Positions 40,095-49,718 of a stretch of 64,000 nucleotides of DNA are shown here, piece after piece; positions within the stretch are counted from its first letter, which is position 1; each line of letters starts with the position of its first letter. The DNA comes from an uncultured Rhabdochlamydiaceae bacterium. Its GTDB lineage: Bacteria > Chlamydiota > Chlamydiia > Chlamydiales > Rhabdochlamydiaceae. The notes under the pieces were generated by a model, which saw only the letters and a list, made by a program, of their open reading frames with translations, searched no databases and was not told the origin of the DNA. A program made the translations under genes and the position numbers. Location: the NCBI GenBank assembly GCA_963712275.1, contig CAVQHD010000001.1, forward strand, positions 96,001 through 160,000, in the 5' to 3' direction.

Positions 40095-41552
40095 TCATTC
40101 CCCAATAAATATATTTTTTTGCAAAATCTCAGACTCACCCAACCAATAACAGAAGATAGAAGCAGGGATCCTCATAACTTGTGTTTGGAGAGGAAGTCTC
40201 CCACTTATTAACTTACCAATATCTTGTGGAGATTTGGTTAAAATATAGCCGTATTTGATAGATTCTTTTTTGGAACAGAAATTTAGCAACCCTTGTACAT
40301 CTTCAGGCGCAACTAAAGAAGATTGATATTTAACCTCCATAGGTATCAACTCCTTGCCCAGACTAATAATTAGATCTAATTCCTTATTTTTTGGGTCTTT
40401 CCAATAGCTAAAATGGGCATGGCTGCTAGTACTATGAGCTGATATATGTGCGAAAACAGCTGTTTCTACGGAATGCCCCATCGCAGTAGAATCTTCTAAG
40501 ATTGTCTTTCCTCTCATGAGAATAGCAGGTGCAATTGCTGGATCGGCAAGATACAGTTTGTAACGCGCTCGTAGAACTTCTTTCCCGTAGCCATATGGAG
40601 GAAGCCTATAGAGAAGGTGTGTTGCTTCCAGAAGACTAATGAAATTTTGAATCGTTGGCTTGGGAACACCTAAATTATTACTGAGGGTTACCAAATCTTG
40701 AATACCTCCATCATGCATGCATAAGTAGATGAATGTTTGTTCTAATTCTAATACCCTACGCACCCCGAACAGAGCCGTCATATCTCGTTTCAACACCTTA
40801 TCGATGATATCTTCTCGAAGAAGCCGTTGAGCTTGAGGGATACTTTCAACAAGTGCTGTTTGCGGAAATCCTCCACGGACAAGATATTCATGAAAATGTC
40901 CGATTAAACCTTGAGATGCTTGTGTGATACGATTCAAATCAGACAAAGAATATTCAAACAGTTCTGGCAAGAAAGAGATTTGTGGCATGTTGGGAATAGG
41001 AATTTTCTTAATCTGTAAATACTCATAAAATGACAAGGTTGAAATTTGGAGGGTATGCCAACGCCCGACGCCAGACTCTTGCCCAGAATTAGCAAGCGGC
41101 ATTGCGGAGCCTGTAAAAACAATTCTACGATGCTTAAAAAAATCAATCTGGTGCTTTGCCCATGTTCCAAAATCACGGATAAATTGAGCTTCATCTAAGA
41201 AGAGATATTCGGGTCCTTCTGTTCTTGGTTCCCATTCCCTCCACGCTTCTAAGATTGCGTCAAGTCCTGCCAGTTTGCAGATCGGATGGTCAAAAGTTGC
41301 ATAGAGGATATTCGTGGGAGAAATACCTTGTTTAATAAGTTGGTCGATTGCTTGAAGTAAAAGAGTGGTTTTTCCTACCTGCCTAGGCCCTGAAAGCATA
41401 ACAGCTCTATGAGCTGGAGGTCGTACAATCCACTCTAACAGTTCATTAAAAATGGCCCGTTTCCATGTAGGAAGGTCTGAAATACTCTCTTTCCTCCACC
41501 ATGGATTAAACTGGGCTAACACGGTAAGAAGCTCATCCTTTGGTATCTTCAT
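40095..41552 (-). CDS. AAA_14/DUF4143-type ATPase
   Basis: QFNPWW, GPRQVGKTT, LDEAQ, FTGS, GGFP and ELDLII..MEVK motifs. Confidence 0.9.
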   Translation of the reverse strand: MKIPKDELLTVLAQFNPWWRKESISDLPTWKRAIFNELLEWIVRPPAHRAVMLSGPRQVGKTTLLLQAIDQLIKQGISPTNILYATFDHPICKLAGLDAILEAWREWEPRTEGPEYLFLDEAQFIRDFGTWAKHQIDFFKHRRIVFTGSAMPLANSGQESGVGRWHTLQISTLSFYEYLQIKKIPIPNMPQISFLPELFEYSLSDLNRITQASQGLIGHFHEYLVRGGFPQTALVESIPQAQRLLREDIIDKVLKRDMTALFGVRRVLELEQTFIYLCMHDGGIQDLVTLSNNLGVPKPTIQNFISLLEATHLLYRLPPYGYGKEVLRARYKLYLADPAIAPAILMRGKTILEDSTAMGHSVETAVFAHISAHSTSSHAHFSYWKDPKNKELDLIISLGKELIPMEVKYQSSLVAPEDVQGLLNFCSKKESIKYGYILTKSPQDIGKLISGRLPLQTQVMRIPASIFCYWLGESEILQKNIFIGE

Positions 41553-41963
41553 AGCCTAAATATGCTTATTTATCGCATTTAAGTAAAGTATACTTATCTT
41601 ATTTTTCATTTTTAAGGTACTTTTTATGTTTTTCCATGCCTATCTATCTATTCCTACAGCTTATCGAAGAAAACAGGAGACTAAGCCGGTGGGCTTTAAA
41701 ATTATTGGCTATGAGGAGGTTGTAGCTACAAACACTCATGTTGGGTAAAAAATCTGATAACCAAAAAAGCTAGCATCAAGAAAACCAAGACAAGTTTGCA
41801 GTACAAAACTTTTTAAGGTCAATAAAGGCAGAGCAATGAAAAGGGGAAGGGTACATGTAAAAAGGCCTATACTGACAAGGAGAAAAAGAATTAAAAATTA
41901 AAGCATGACGGTTTACTATATGTTGCTAGATTAAAATAAATGGCTAGTTAAAACAAAGGAGTT

Positions 41964-42581
41964 TCACAATGACAGCATCTTCTCTTTTGCACCTAGAGAG
42001 CAGATATAATCGACAAGGGGTTGAAAATTACCCTGATCTGCTTCCCTTAACACGCCTAGATACATTGTACGATGTAGGCAGCCGTCTTTATTCATCTCTT
42101 GTGGCCATGAAGAAAGTGTACATTGATTCGACAAGAGAAAGAGATTAGAGACAAATCGACTAAAACGACCATTTCCATTGGAAAAGGGATGTATAAATGC
42201 AAGGCGATGATGAATACGGGCTGCTCTCTCTAGCAATGTCATATCTTTGGAGTGAAAAGTCCAATATTTGACATCTTGAATTAATTCATAGATTAACATG
42301 GGAATTTTGTAAGGATCCACTCCAACAGGCAGAACATCTTTTGTCCGATATTTTCCAGCCCATTCCCATACCTCACCAAACATGGCTCTATGCAATTCTT
42401 TTAAAAAAGACTCTTTGAACCAGGAGATATCCTTAAATTTTCTCGGCCTGAAATACATTTGTTCTGCTTTATAAATATTGTCAAATTCGAGAGCGTCTAA
42501 TTGTGACTGGGTCGTAATAGGCGCTTTAAGCCCGCTTAAGTCATCAATTGGAGTCGCGCCTGGAGGAATGATCAACTTCAT
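41964..42581 (-). CDS. Fic-family 'mobile mystery protein B'-like
   Basis: PGATPID, LHRAMFGEVWEWAGKYR and IHPFSNGNGRFSR; coupled to the upstream HTH gene. Confidence 0.85.
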   Translation of the reverse strand: MKLIIPPGATPIDDLSGLKAPITTQSQLDALEFDNIYKAEQMYFRPRKFKDISWFKESFLKELHRAMFGEVWEWAGKYRTKDVLPVGVDPYKIPMLIYELIQDVKYWTFHSKDMTLLERAARIHHRLAFIHPFSNGNGRFSRFVSNLFLLSNQCTLSSWPQEMNKDGCLHRTMYLGVLREADQGNFQPLVDYICSLGAKEKMLSL

Positions 42582-43051
42582 ACGTCCCAAATCTCTGTTG
42601 TACCCGAATGAATCAGATCATCTGCAACTTCTTCGATTTTTTTCTCAAGATACTTAGAAAGCGGAAGCTGTTCTTCTAATGCCATGCTCCCCATCAGCGA
42701 ACCGAGTTTTTTTTTCGCAGCTAATTTGGCCTGTTTTTTGACAACTGATTCCAGATCATGATGGGTTAATGGAAGTATCATAACCTCGCAAAAAAGGGCT
42801 GCAAAGATCTTTTCCAAACTCTCCATCGTAATTTTGGCCTTACCTGATTCTATTTGAGAAAGCTGAGGCTGAGTCATTTTAGCTCTTTTTGCTAACTGTT
42901 TCTGGCTCATGCGCAATCTTTTTCTCATATCTCGAATCCATCGATAAAAAGGAATCTCTCTAATTTTGCTTCTCAAAAGTTGAATCTCCCTAAGGGATTC
43001 ATCGATTCTTAGCCGTTCTGAAAGGAGTGTTTTTCGCAAGGCCATATTCAA
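42578..43051 (-). CDS. XRE-HTH 'mobile mystery protein A'-like
   Basis: WIRDMRKRLRMSQKQLA..QIESG HTH, SMALEEQ, C-terminal IWD. Confidence 0.85.
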   Translation of the reverse strand: MNMALRKTLLSERLRIDESLREIQLLRSKIREIPFYRWIRDMRKRLRMSQKQLAKRAKMTQPQLSQIESGKAKITMESLEKIFAALFCEVMILPLTHHDLESVVKKQAKLAAKKKLGSLMGSMALEEQLPLSKYLEKKIEEVADDLIHSGTTEIWDV

Positions 43052-43199
43052 ATATCCATATATCTTTTTATCTTATTTATACATTAATACATATATTTAT
43101 TCGATAAAATTATTTGCAAAAATAGATATTCTATGCGCATCTCATTAAGATAGAGAAAGTTCAAAATAGCTTTCCTGGAATTTCATAGTGAAAAAGACT

Positions 43200-43243
43200 T
43201 GGCCAGAACTGGAATCGAACCAGCGACACAAGGATTTTCAGTC
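43200..43243 (-). repeat. att-like duplication of the tRNA-Phe 3' 44 bp
   Basis: Identical to 49300-49343 (TGGCCAGAACTGGAATCGAACCAGCGACACAAGGATTTTCAGTC). Confidence 0.93.
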
Positions 43244-43418
43244 TTGAAAAGTCCTATCTGGCAATTACTCTGGATGATCTAAAATCACCTTACATTGCAC
43301 GGTCATACAGGGAAATAGGGTTATTTTCCAGAAAAGTTTGTCAAACAAGAGTAATCGATTTCAAGCGCGGGAAATTGGTTACTCCGGACAGAGCTAGGGT
43401 ATTTTCATTACTTTAAGC

Positions 43419-45085
43419 GTAACAGTTCAGATACCCCCGCCTTCGGCAGGATAGGGGTATCTGAAAAAAATGGAAGAGGATTAAACGGCGATTAATAACG
43501 GGACGACTTCTTGACGCACTTCTAATAGCCGTGGACAGCCTTTTATGGCCTCGGATAAAGCATCCCAGATATTCCAGCCCTGTTTTCGGGCTGTCGATAA
43601 GTAGCTCCGAATACGACAAAAAATCTGGCCTCCTTTGGGAGTTCTAAAACAGCCTGCGATCTTTTGCTTGAGCTTTACCATACGAATATCCTGCTCTCCT
43701 TGATTGTTCGTAAAGGGTACTGCAAAATCGTACATGAAGAGGAGGACACTGCTACGGTACTCTTGGAACCGGTCCAGAAGGTTTTTACCATCCCTCTGCT
43801 TTTGCCTGCCTCGCTTGCCTTTAGGCAAGGGAGGCAGTCGCGAGTGATATTCAAGCCCCTCAGCAATAATTTGTGTATACGCCTGTTCTATCTGGTGTAA
43901 AACCTCTTTGGGAAGCACCCATTGAGCTAGATATTTCTCGACCTCATTTTTTGCAAAAATGAGAAGGTCTTTCATCCGTTTTGCCCAACCTTCTTTTTTT
44001 TCCTCATGTATGAATGTAAGCTCCCGCAAATGATGGGCATTGCACAGCCCATGCACAACCTGTTCGTAAGAAAAATAAGGAAACCAATGGTCATGGATCG
44101 CTTTCCCTCGGAACTGGGATAAAATATTCGCCTCATCCATTGCTTCTTTCCCACGTTTGGAATGTATCATGTAGAAAGTCGACCATTGTGATGAGGTTAC
44201 GTGAACCCAGTGAAGTTTTTTCTCACATCTCATCCCTGTTTCATCAAAATGCAGAATCTGTGCTGCTAACAGGTATACTTTTAGACTGCTCTCGAACGAT
44301 TCGAGCTTCTGAAAGAGCTTTTCGTCAACATTTGCACAAGTGCCTGGTGAAATAGCAATGCCAAAAATGTCCTCGAAGATTTCGCATACACGGTCAACAG
44401 GTATAAAATGTTGATGGGCAAAGTAAGCTGTTAGTGCTTGAACTCTCTCTCCATATTGAACGGGGCCTCTAACATTCTCAGGGAAAGCTGCCCTATTGAA
44501 CTCTCCACAACAAGGACATTGTTTTTCCAGAGCACGATGTTCTGTTACCTCGATTTTTGGTTGGGGTAAATCAAAGACTTGTCGCGCTTCAGTGCAAACA
44601 CCCGCTACTTGACTGAGACTCGATCCACATCCGTTACAGCTTGTAGGCGTATGAGTCACCACTAAATCAGGATTTGCGACTTGAGCAAGACCTTTTCCGA
44701 CATGTCCTTGTTGTCCTCCTGGTTTTTTGCCCGATTGATTGCGTAGGCTTTTTGGCTTTCTCTTCAACCCATCGCTGCTAGGAGGTTTGCTACTATTGGA
44801 GCTGTTTTTCGATAGACGAGTTTCTAAATCTTGGACACGGGTTTCTAGCTGTTGTATGCGGATCTGCTGTTGCTGAATGGTTGCTTCGAGATAACGAATA
44901 TATGAACGGATCGACTCGGGCAATGAATCAAAAACTTCACCGGAAAGACTTGGTATCGAACCTGTCGAATAATTCATGCTAACATGGTATCAAAAAACTC
45001 TTACGATGAAAAGTTAAATTTTATCTTCATGCCACTTTTCAGATGCCCCCTGTCTTGCCGAAGGCGGGGGTATCTGAACTGTTAC
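43419..45085 (-). mobile_element. IS66-family element (single-ORF, ISBst12-like group), 1667 bp, 8-bp target duplication
   Basis: GTAA-starting terminal inverted repeats, with the first 30 bp identical. CTTTAAGC at 43411-43418 and 45086-45093. Confidence 0.94.
43481..44977 (-). CDS. IS66 family DDE transposase
   Basis: NSSNSSKPPSSD, KPGGQQGH, CxxC zinc finger, HFDETG, LCNAHHLREL and FTNNQGEQDIR motifs. Confidence 0.95.
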   Translation of the reverse strand: MNYSTGSIPSLSGEVFDSLPESIRSYIRYLEATIQQQQIRIQQLETRVQDLETRLSKNSSNSSKPPSSDGLKRKPKSLRNQSGKKPGGQQGHVGKGLAQVANPDLVVTHTPTSCNGCGSSLSQVAGVCTEARQVFDLPQPKIEVTEHRALEKQCPCCGEFNRAAFPENVRGPVQYGERVQALTAYFAHQHFIPVDRVCEIFEDIFGIAISPGTCANVDEKLFQKLESFESSLKVYLLAAQILHFDETGMRCEKKLHWVHVTSSQWSTFYMIHSKRGKEAMDEANILSQFRGKAIHDHWFPYFSYEQVVHGLCNAHHLRELTFIHEEKKEGWAKRMKDLLIFAKNEVEKYLAQWVLPKEVLHQIEQAYTQIIAEGLEYHSRLPPLPKGKRGRQKQRDGKNLLDRFQEYRSSVLLFMYDFAVPFTNNQGEQDIRMVKLKQKIAGCFRTPKGGQIFCRIRSYLSTARKQGWNIWDALSEAIKGCPRLLEVRQEVVPLLIAV

Positions 45086-46012
45086 CTTTAAGCGCGGAAT
45101 CATTTTCTCAAAAGCTTCTTTGGCCTTTACTGGATTTTCTACCCAAATCATGTGCCCTGCGTCTTCTATGAAGAGCAGTTCTATATTGGAGCGCTGAAAT
45201 CTTTTATCCTTTTGAAACAAGGCGAAAGGACAAATACAGTCATATTTAGAACCGATGATCAAGGTCGGGACTTTTTGAGGTACCCACTTTGCAGAAAAAT
45301 TTGACTCAATGGCCTTTCTTTGCCACCAAACCGCTGGTTGATATTGAAAGTCAACCTGCGCAAGCAACTCCCTTCCCTTTTCTAAAGTGGTTGGAGGAAA
45401 ATAATAGGGCATACAAGCATCTAAAGCCGTTCTAAATGTCTCTGGATTAGGGTTAACAGTAAATTCCTGCATTTCTTTACTAAGATCAGGCAAGTCAAAT
45501 TGCTTTGAATAAGCAACAGCTTCCTCTAGCCAAAGAGCTGGAGTTGAATTAAGAATTACAAACCCTTTTAGATAGCTTTCAAGCTCAGGGAAAAGCAACG
45601 GGAACATGCCTCCAAATGAGTGGCCCACCAGGACAGGATTATCAAACTGCTTAACGATTCCAGGGAAAAGATGAATCCATTGATCGAAATCTTCTGAGTA
45701 CCCCTCAGTCACATTGCTCCCATTTCCTGGAAGATCGATTAACCAGACATTACCGGGCAATTTTAACTCATCAACAAGGCTACGAAGGTAACTTGAGTCA
45801 GCTCCTGGACCACCAGGAAAAAATACCCAGTTATAAGGCTTCCCTTCGTTGGTTTGATAAAGTTCATATCTAACATGATTGGAGTCATATAAATAATTTT
45901 GCATTGCAATTTCCTTGATACAATGGGTTTCTTGGGCAGCAACTTCACAGTTAAAGACAGCACTACCCATAGTAACTGCCGTGATGGCTATGAAAGAGCA
46001 ATAAGTTCTCAT
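45014..46012 (-). CDS. Alpha/beta hydrolase with an IS-derived C-terminal extension
   Basis: PGGPG, DLPGNG, GHSFGG nucleophile elbow, DAGH; the last 23 aa are read from the IS66 end. Confidence 0.88.
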   Translation of the reverse strand: MRTYCSFIAITAVTMGSAVFNCEVAAQETHCIKEIAMQNYLYDSNHVRYELYQTNEGKPYNWVFFPGGPGADSSYLRSLVDELKLPGNVWLIDLPGNGSNVTEGYSEDFDQWIHLFPGIVKQFDNPVLVGHSFGGMFPLLFPELESYLKGFVILNSTPALWLEEAVAYSKQFDLPDLSKEMQEFTVNPNPETFRTALDACMPYYFPPTTLEKGRELLAQVDFQYQPAVWWQRKAIESNFSAKWVPQKVPTLIIGSKYDCICPFALFQKDKRFQRSNIELLFIEDAGHMIWVENPVKAKEAFEKMIPRLKVTVQIPPPSARQGASEKWHEDKI

Positions 46013-46076
46013 GAAAGTTATTCCTTTTTTGGTTGCGTTGTACCCCTGTTGGCATCTCGGATTTCAGCTTTGGATA

Positions 46077-46554
46077 TCATAGATTCCAGCCCCCATTGTA
46101 GAGCCAGTAAAGCGACAATCCAAAGCATATCCAAACCTGAATGTGTAAAATAACATGAAGGGTATTTGGGACGACGTTATCTCCTCGTGACGGCAGGAAT
46201 GAGTGGGTATCGCGATATTCTTCAAAACCCGCTTTATTGCCATGTATCCAATATCCACCGCCAAAATAGGGAATCCACCAAGCGGTAATTGTCCCAAAAG
46301 TGATGAGGCCATAGATAACTACAAAAAGAAGACGAGCCCAAAGTGGTAGCGAGGATGTAAGATAAATGAATGTCACTATAAGAGAAATCAAGATGAGTCC
46401 AGCATTTACAGCAGACCCAATCAGTCGAAATTTCAGAGAGAGAATGAGCTTTTTTCAGAGCTGGTAGATTAGTGAAGGGAGGAAGATCAATCCAATCGTG
46501 TAACGCCATGAAAAGTAATAAAATGGATTGGATAATCACAAAGAAGTAATTCAC
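46077..46554 (-). pseudogene. Frameshifted small membrane protein
   Basis: Two overlapping hydrophobic ORFs join as ..AHSLKFRLIGSAVNAGLILISLI.. if 4 nt are removed from the AG run at 46435-46443. Confidence 0.75.
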
Positions 46555-46708
46555 AATTTGAAATCCTCATCGCTTATCGGGAAAAAGTAGTATAGGGTTT
46601 TTTCTGGGAGGAATCAAGATATTCAACCATTTGATCTAGCATATTCAAATTGTCTAACAGCCGTTAGACGATTGCGTGATGATCCATTGGCACCCTCTCA
46701 ACCTGATT

Positions 46709-46831
46709 TGTAAGAAAATATTATCAATATTTCTTACACAACAAAAACTAAGTTATTTATTATTAGATACTTAAGAATAGATTCAAAATGACCCTTGCAT
46801 TTGTAAGAAAAACATGCCATTATTTCTTACA
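46709..46831. promoter_or_regulatory. Two operators TGTAAGAAA-N12-TTTCTTACA upstream of the type IV TA pair
   Basis: Copies at 46709-46738 and 46802-46831; the last base of the second is the A of the ATG. Confidence 0.75.
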
Positions 46832-47454
46832 TGAAGAGCAATCAAAAGAATCCAAATAGCATTGATTATCAAATACTTAAAACTATAAATAGCCTTGGAC
46901 ATGGTGCTGTATTTGTTCCAATAGACTTTTTAGGCTTTGGTAGTCGGCAAGCGGTCGATATTGCTCTCCATCGACTGGTTCTAAAAGGAACCATTCGCCG
47001 CCTTGCAAGGGGAATATATGATTTTCCTAAAGAACATCCTAAGCTTGGAAAACTCCTACCATCTCCAGAAAAGATCGCAGAGGCGTTGGTTGGCAGAGAT
47101 TGCACCCGCATTCAACCAACCGGCGCTTATGCAGCCAATATTCTAGGACTATCCGAACAGGTCCCTGCCAAAGTTGTGTTCCTAACAGATGGGCCAAGTC
47201 GGACAGTAAAAATCGGAACAACAACCATTCAGCTACGGAGAACAACTCCCAAAAATATGGCGATGGCAGGACGATTCAGTGGACTTCTAGTTCAAGCTCT
47301 CCGTGAATTAGGTAAAGAAAATGTCACCCCAGAACGAATTGAACATTTAAAACGGACTATTCCACTGGATGCAAGACAAGAACTGCTCAAGGATATTCGA
47401 TTTACACCAGAATGGATGCATTCTATTTTCAGAAAACTGGCTCAGGAGGATTAA
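46831..47454 (+). CDS. Type IV TA antitoxin (AbiEi/DUF6088-like)
   Basis: AVDIALHRLV..IRRLARGIY, GAYAANILGLSEQVP and FLTDGPSR; directly upstream of the nucleotidyltransferase gene. Confidence 0.88.
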   Translation: MKSNQKNPNSIDYQILKTINSLGHGAVFVPIDFLGFGSRQAVDIALHRLVLKGTIRRLARGIYDFPKEHPKLGKLLPSPEKIAEALVGRDCTRIQPTGAYAANILGLSEQVPAKVVFLTDGPSRTVKIGTTTIQLRRTTPKNMAMAGRFSGLLVQALRELGKENVTPERIEHLKRTIPLDARQELLKDIRFTPEWMHSIFRKLAQED

Positions 47455-48429
47455 ATGAAACTCGACTTTTTAAAATTACCTTCCAATGAACGACGCCTCT
47501 ACATTGAACAAGCGGCTATTCAGAGAAATATCTCCCCAGTAATCATGGAGAAAGATTTTTTCGTATGCTGGTTACTCAGTATCCTGTTTGAGTCGCAGTT
47601 TGCTGACAGTCTTGTATTCAAGGGAGGCACCTCTCTATCAAAGATATTTGGAGCAATCAACCGATTTTCTGAAGATATTGATCTTTCGCTATCCCCAGCC
47701 TTTCTTGGACTGCCTGAATCTGTGGCAAATCGCAGCCAAGCTGACAAATGGTGGGAAAAAGCTGAAGAAGCATGTGAACGTGCTGTTCAAACTCAGATTA
47801 TGCCGACGTTAGAAGCATCAGCATTGGGCGTATTAGGAAAACATGAGCAGGCAAGATTCGAGTTTTTAAAAGACTCCCAAACCAAGTCGCCGGTAATTCT
47901 TTTCCATTATCCATCATCGCTACCAACTGGATTTGACTATATCAAACGCTCTGTAAAACTCGAATTCGGCTCTCTAACTGATCAACAACCCACTGGACGC
48001 TATCCGATACGACCCTGGATTGCCGAGATTTTCCCTGCAGTATTTCCCGATTGGCAATGTAAAGTCATAGCTCTAGAAATTGAGCGAACTTTCTGGGAAA
48101 AGGCTACGATTCTACACGCAGAGTACCATCGACCTCTCGATAAGCCAATGCGAGATAGATTCTCCCGCCACTATGCTGATACTGCGGCACTGGCAAATCA
48201 TTCAGAAGCAATCAAAGCTATTGATTACGACGACCTTCGAGACAGAGTGGTTTCATGGAAAACTCTGTTCTTTCGCGACTCTTTAGCAAACTATACCCAA
48301 GCCAAACCTGGCACATTTCGTCTTGTTCCAAGAGCTGAAAGATTGCCTGAATTGCGACGTGATTATCAGTTGATGCGCGATATGTACCTTGGTGAGCCTG
48401 TCAGTTTTGATGATATGATGATATACTGA
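47455..48429 (+). CDS. AbiEii/AbiGii-family nucleotidyltransferase toxin, C-terminus truncated by frameshift
   Basis: MEKDFFV, FKGGTSLSK, RFSEDIDL, ERTFWEK and SRHYAD motifs; 8-bp duplication at 48408-48423. Confidence 0.88.
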   Translation: MKLDFLKLPSNERRLYIEQAAIQRNISPVIMEKDFFVCWLLSILFESQFADSLVFKGGTSLSKIFGAINRFSEDIDLSLSPAFLGLPESVANRSQADKWWEKAEEACERAVQTQIMPTLEASALGVLGKHEQARFEFLKDSQTKSPVILFHYPSSLPTGFDYIKRSVKLEFGSLTDQQPTGRYPIRPWIAEIFPAVFPDWQCKVIALEIERTFWEKATILHAEYHRPLDKPMRDRFSRHYADTAALANHSEAIKAIDYDDLRDRVVSWKTLFFRDSLANYTQAKPGTFRLVPRAERLPELRRDYQLMRDMYLGEPVSFDDMMIY

Positions 48430-48544
48430 GCATGCTATCCAACCTAGAGCATCGTATTAATCTCATAGAGGCACTGTCTCACTCCCTATAACATAATAGA
48501 ACCAATCATCATCAGGTCGTCTGATCGATGTTTTTTTTGGATAT

Positions 48545-49153
48545 CTATAAGGACTCCTTTAACTTATATGTTGAATTTTCAGCATCTTGATCAAATGGAT
48601 TCAATGCGTCAACCAGTAAAATAGAGCTAAAACTACTCTTCTGAAAAAGTGGGTCGATATCAATTGCCAACTTACCTAGATAGGAGCTAGAAATCTCTAT
48701 ATCCCTTTTAAAGCCACAAAATGAGGGGTCAAGTATTTCAACGATCAAAGTGCCTTTTTTCAAAAATGAATTCACCTTGCGAGGATACGTCATTGTCAAC
48801 TTCTTCTCTATCCCAGCTTGAAGCCTGCTCTTTGTATCTACACGGTACTCTCTCCAATCTCCTCCTTGGGAAGAAGGAATAGAATTGGGCGCCAGTTTAA
48901 CTCCATACAAGTTTTCAAATTCCTGAAAATCTTTTATGCCAAATAGATTTTGAAAAAGATGTGCTTCTTCGTTAGTTTGAATTACATTCGTACATTCACC
49001 CCATTCCTCTTCTCCTGCAAAATCACACTAGCCTTGTTGTCCAGTTATGGCATCTAATACTTGAAATTTTTTGTTAACTAATCTTTCATAGCTTTTCACT
49101 GTTCTCTCTGTTAATAAAAATTTAATTGCACACTGAAAAGTGATAGTTTTCAT
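48545..49153 (-). pseudogene. Hypothetical protein interrupted by an in-frame TAG at codon 42
   Basis: AAGGAG RBS and ATG at 49153, in frame with ORF 48545-48910; single stop at 49028-49030. Confidence 0.7.
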
Positions 49154-49299
49154 GTCTACTCCTTGATTAGATTTCTAAAGTGTTTACTTCCTCTTGAATT
49201 TTCGCCTTCAATTTTGAAGCACCCGTTTGGGTGATTTAAAGAAATCTAGAACTCCGGATATACTCCGGATCGTTTACGCCGGCAAGAACGTAAAACGAA

Positions 49300-49372
<73 letters not shown>

Positions 49373-49414
49373 AAAGGAGGGTTGGTAAGTCACTTTTCTC
49401 TTTGCCTAACCAAA

Positions 49415-49585
49415 GAAGTAGTTGCAAAACTCAGGGTTCGTCGATTTTCGGGATTATTTTGACCGATTTTCGATCCAAATTGCGGGGGTAATATCGACTT
49501 TCAGTATATTACCCCCGCAATTTGGATCGAAAATCGGTTCAAAAGAACCCGAAAATCGACTGAACCTGAGTTTTGCAACTACCTC
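49415..49585. mobile_element. 171-bp palindromic element, family A copy 2
   Basis: Same internal sequence as 35649-35821; ends GTAGTTGCAAAAC/GTTTTGCAACTAC. Confidence 0.9.
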
Positions 49586-49718
49586 CAAAGAAGGAATCAG
49601 GATAGAGAGCCTTCCATTTTTTAGCAATATTTGATGGCATGCATCATTTAAAAATTTAATTTTATCAAGCGATAATCTTGCACCTATTCGATAGAGCCTG
49701 ATATCCTATGTGGTACCC

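Larger units (their letters stand above)
43244..49299. mobile_element. Genomic islet integrated at tRNA-Phe (no integrase gene visible)
   Basis: Bounded by the 44-bp direct repeat; carries IS66, a TA pair and pseudogenes. Confidence 0.85.

Noticed and set aside
41737..41907. Hydrophobic minus-strand frame (LILFLLVSIGLF...)
   Set aside because: Its ATG is followed by TAA at codon 3, and T-rich DNA yields such frames by chance.
43200..43243. Second tRNA-Phe gene
   Set aside because: It lacks the 5' acceptor strand and D arm, so it is an att duplication.
46652..46669. GTCTAAC-AGCC-GTTAGAC resembles integron attC core sites
   Set aside because: Only 4 bp separate the cores; there are no L boxes and no integron integrase.
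49028..49030. Stop-codon read-through or recoding of the in-frame TAG
   Set aside because: TAG terminates other genes here and RF1 is present. A nonsense mutation is simpler.
49422..49634. 70-aa ORF
   Set aside because: It reads through a family A palindrome with no evidence of being a gene. The same applies to ORF 62349-62579.
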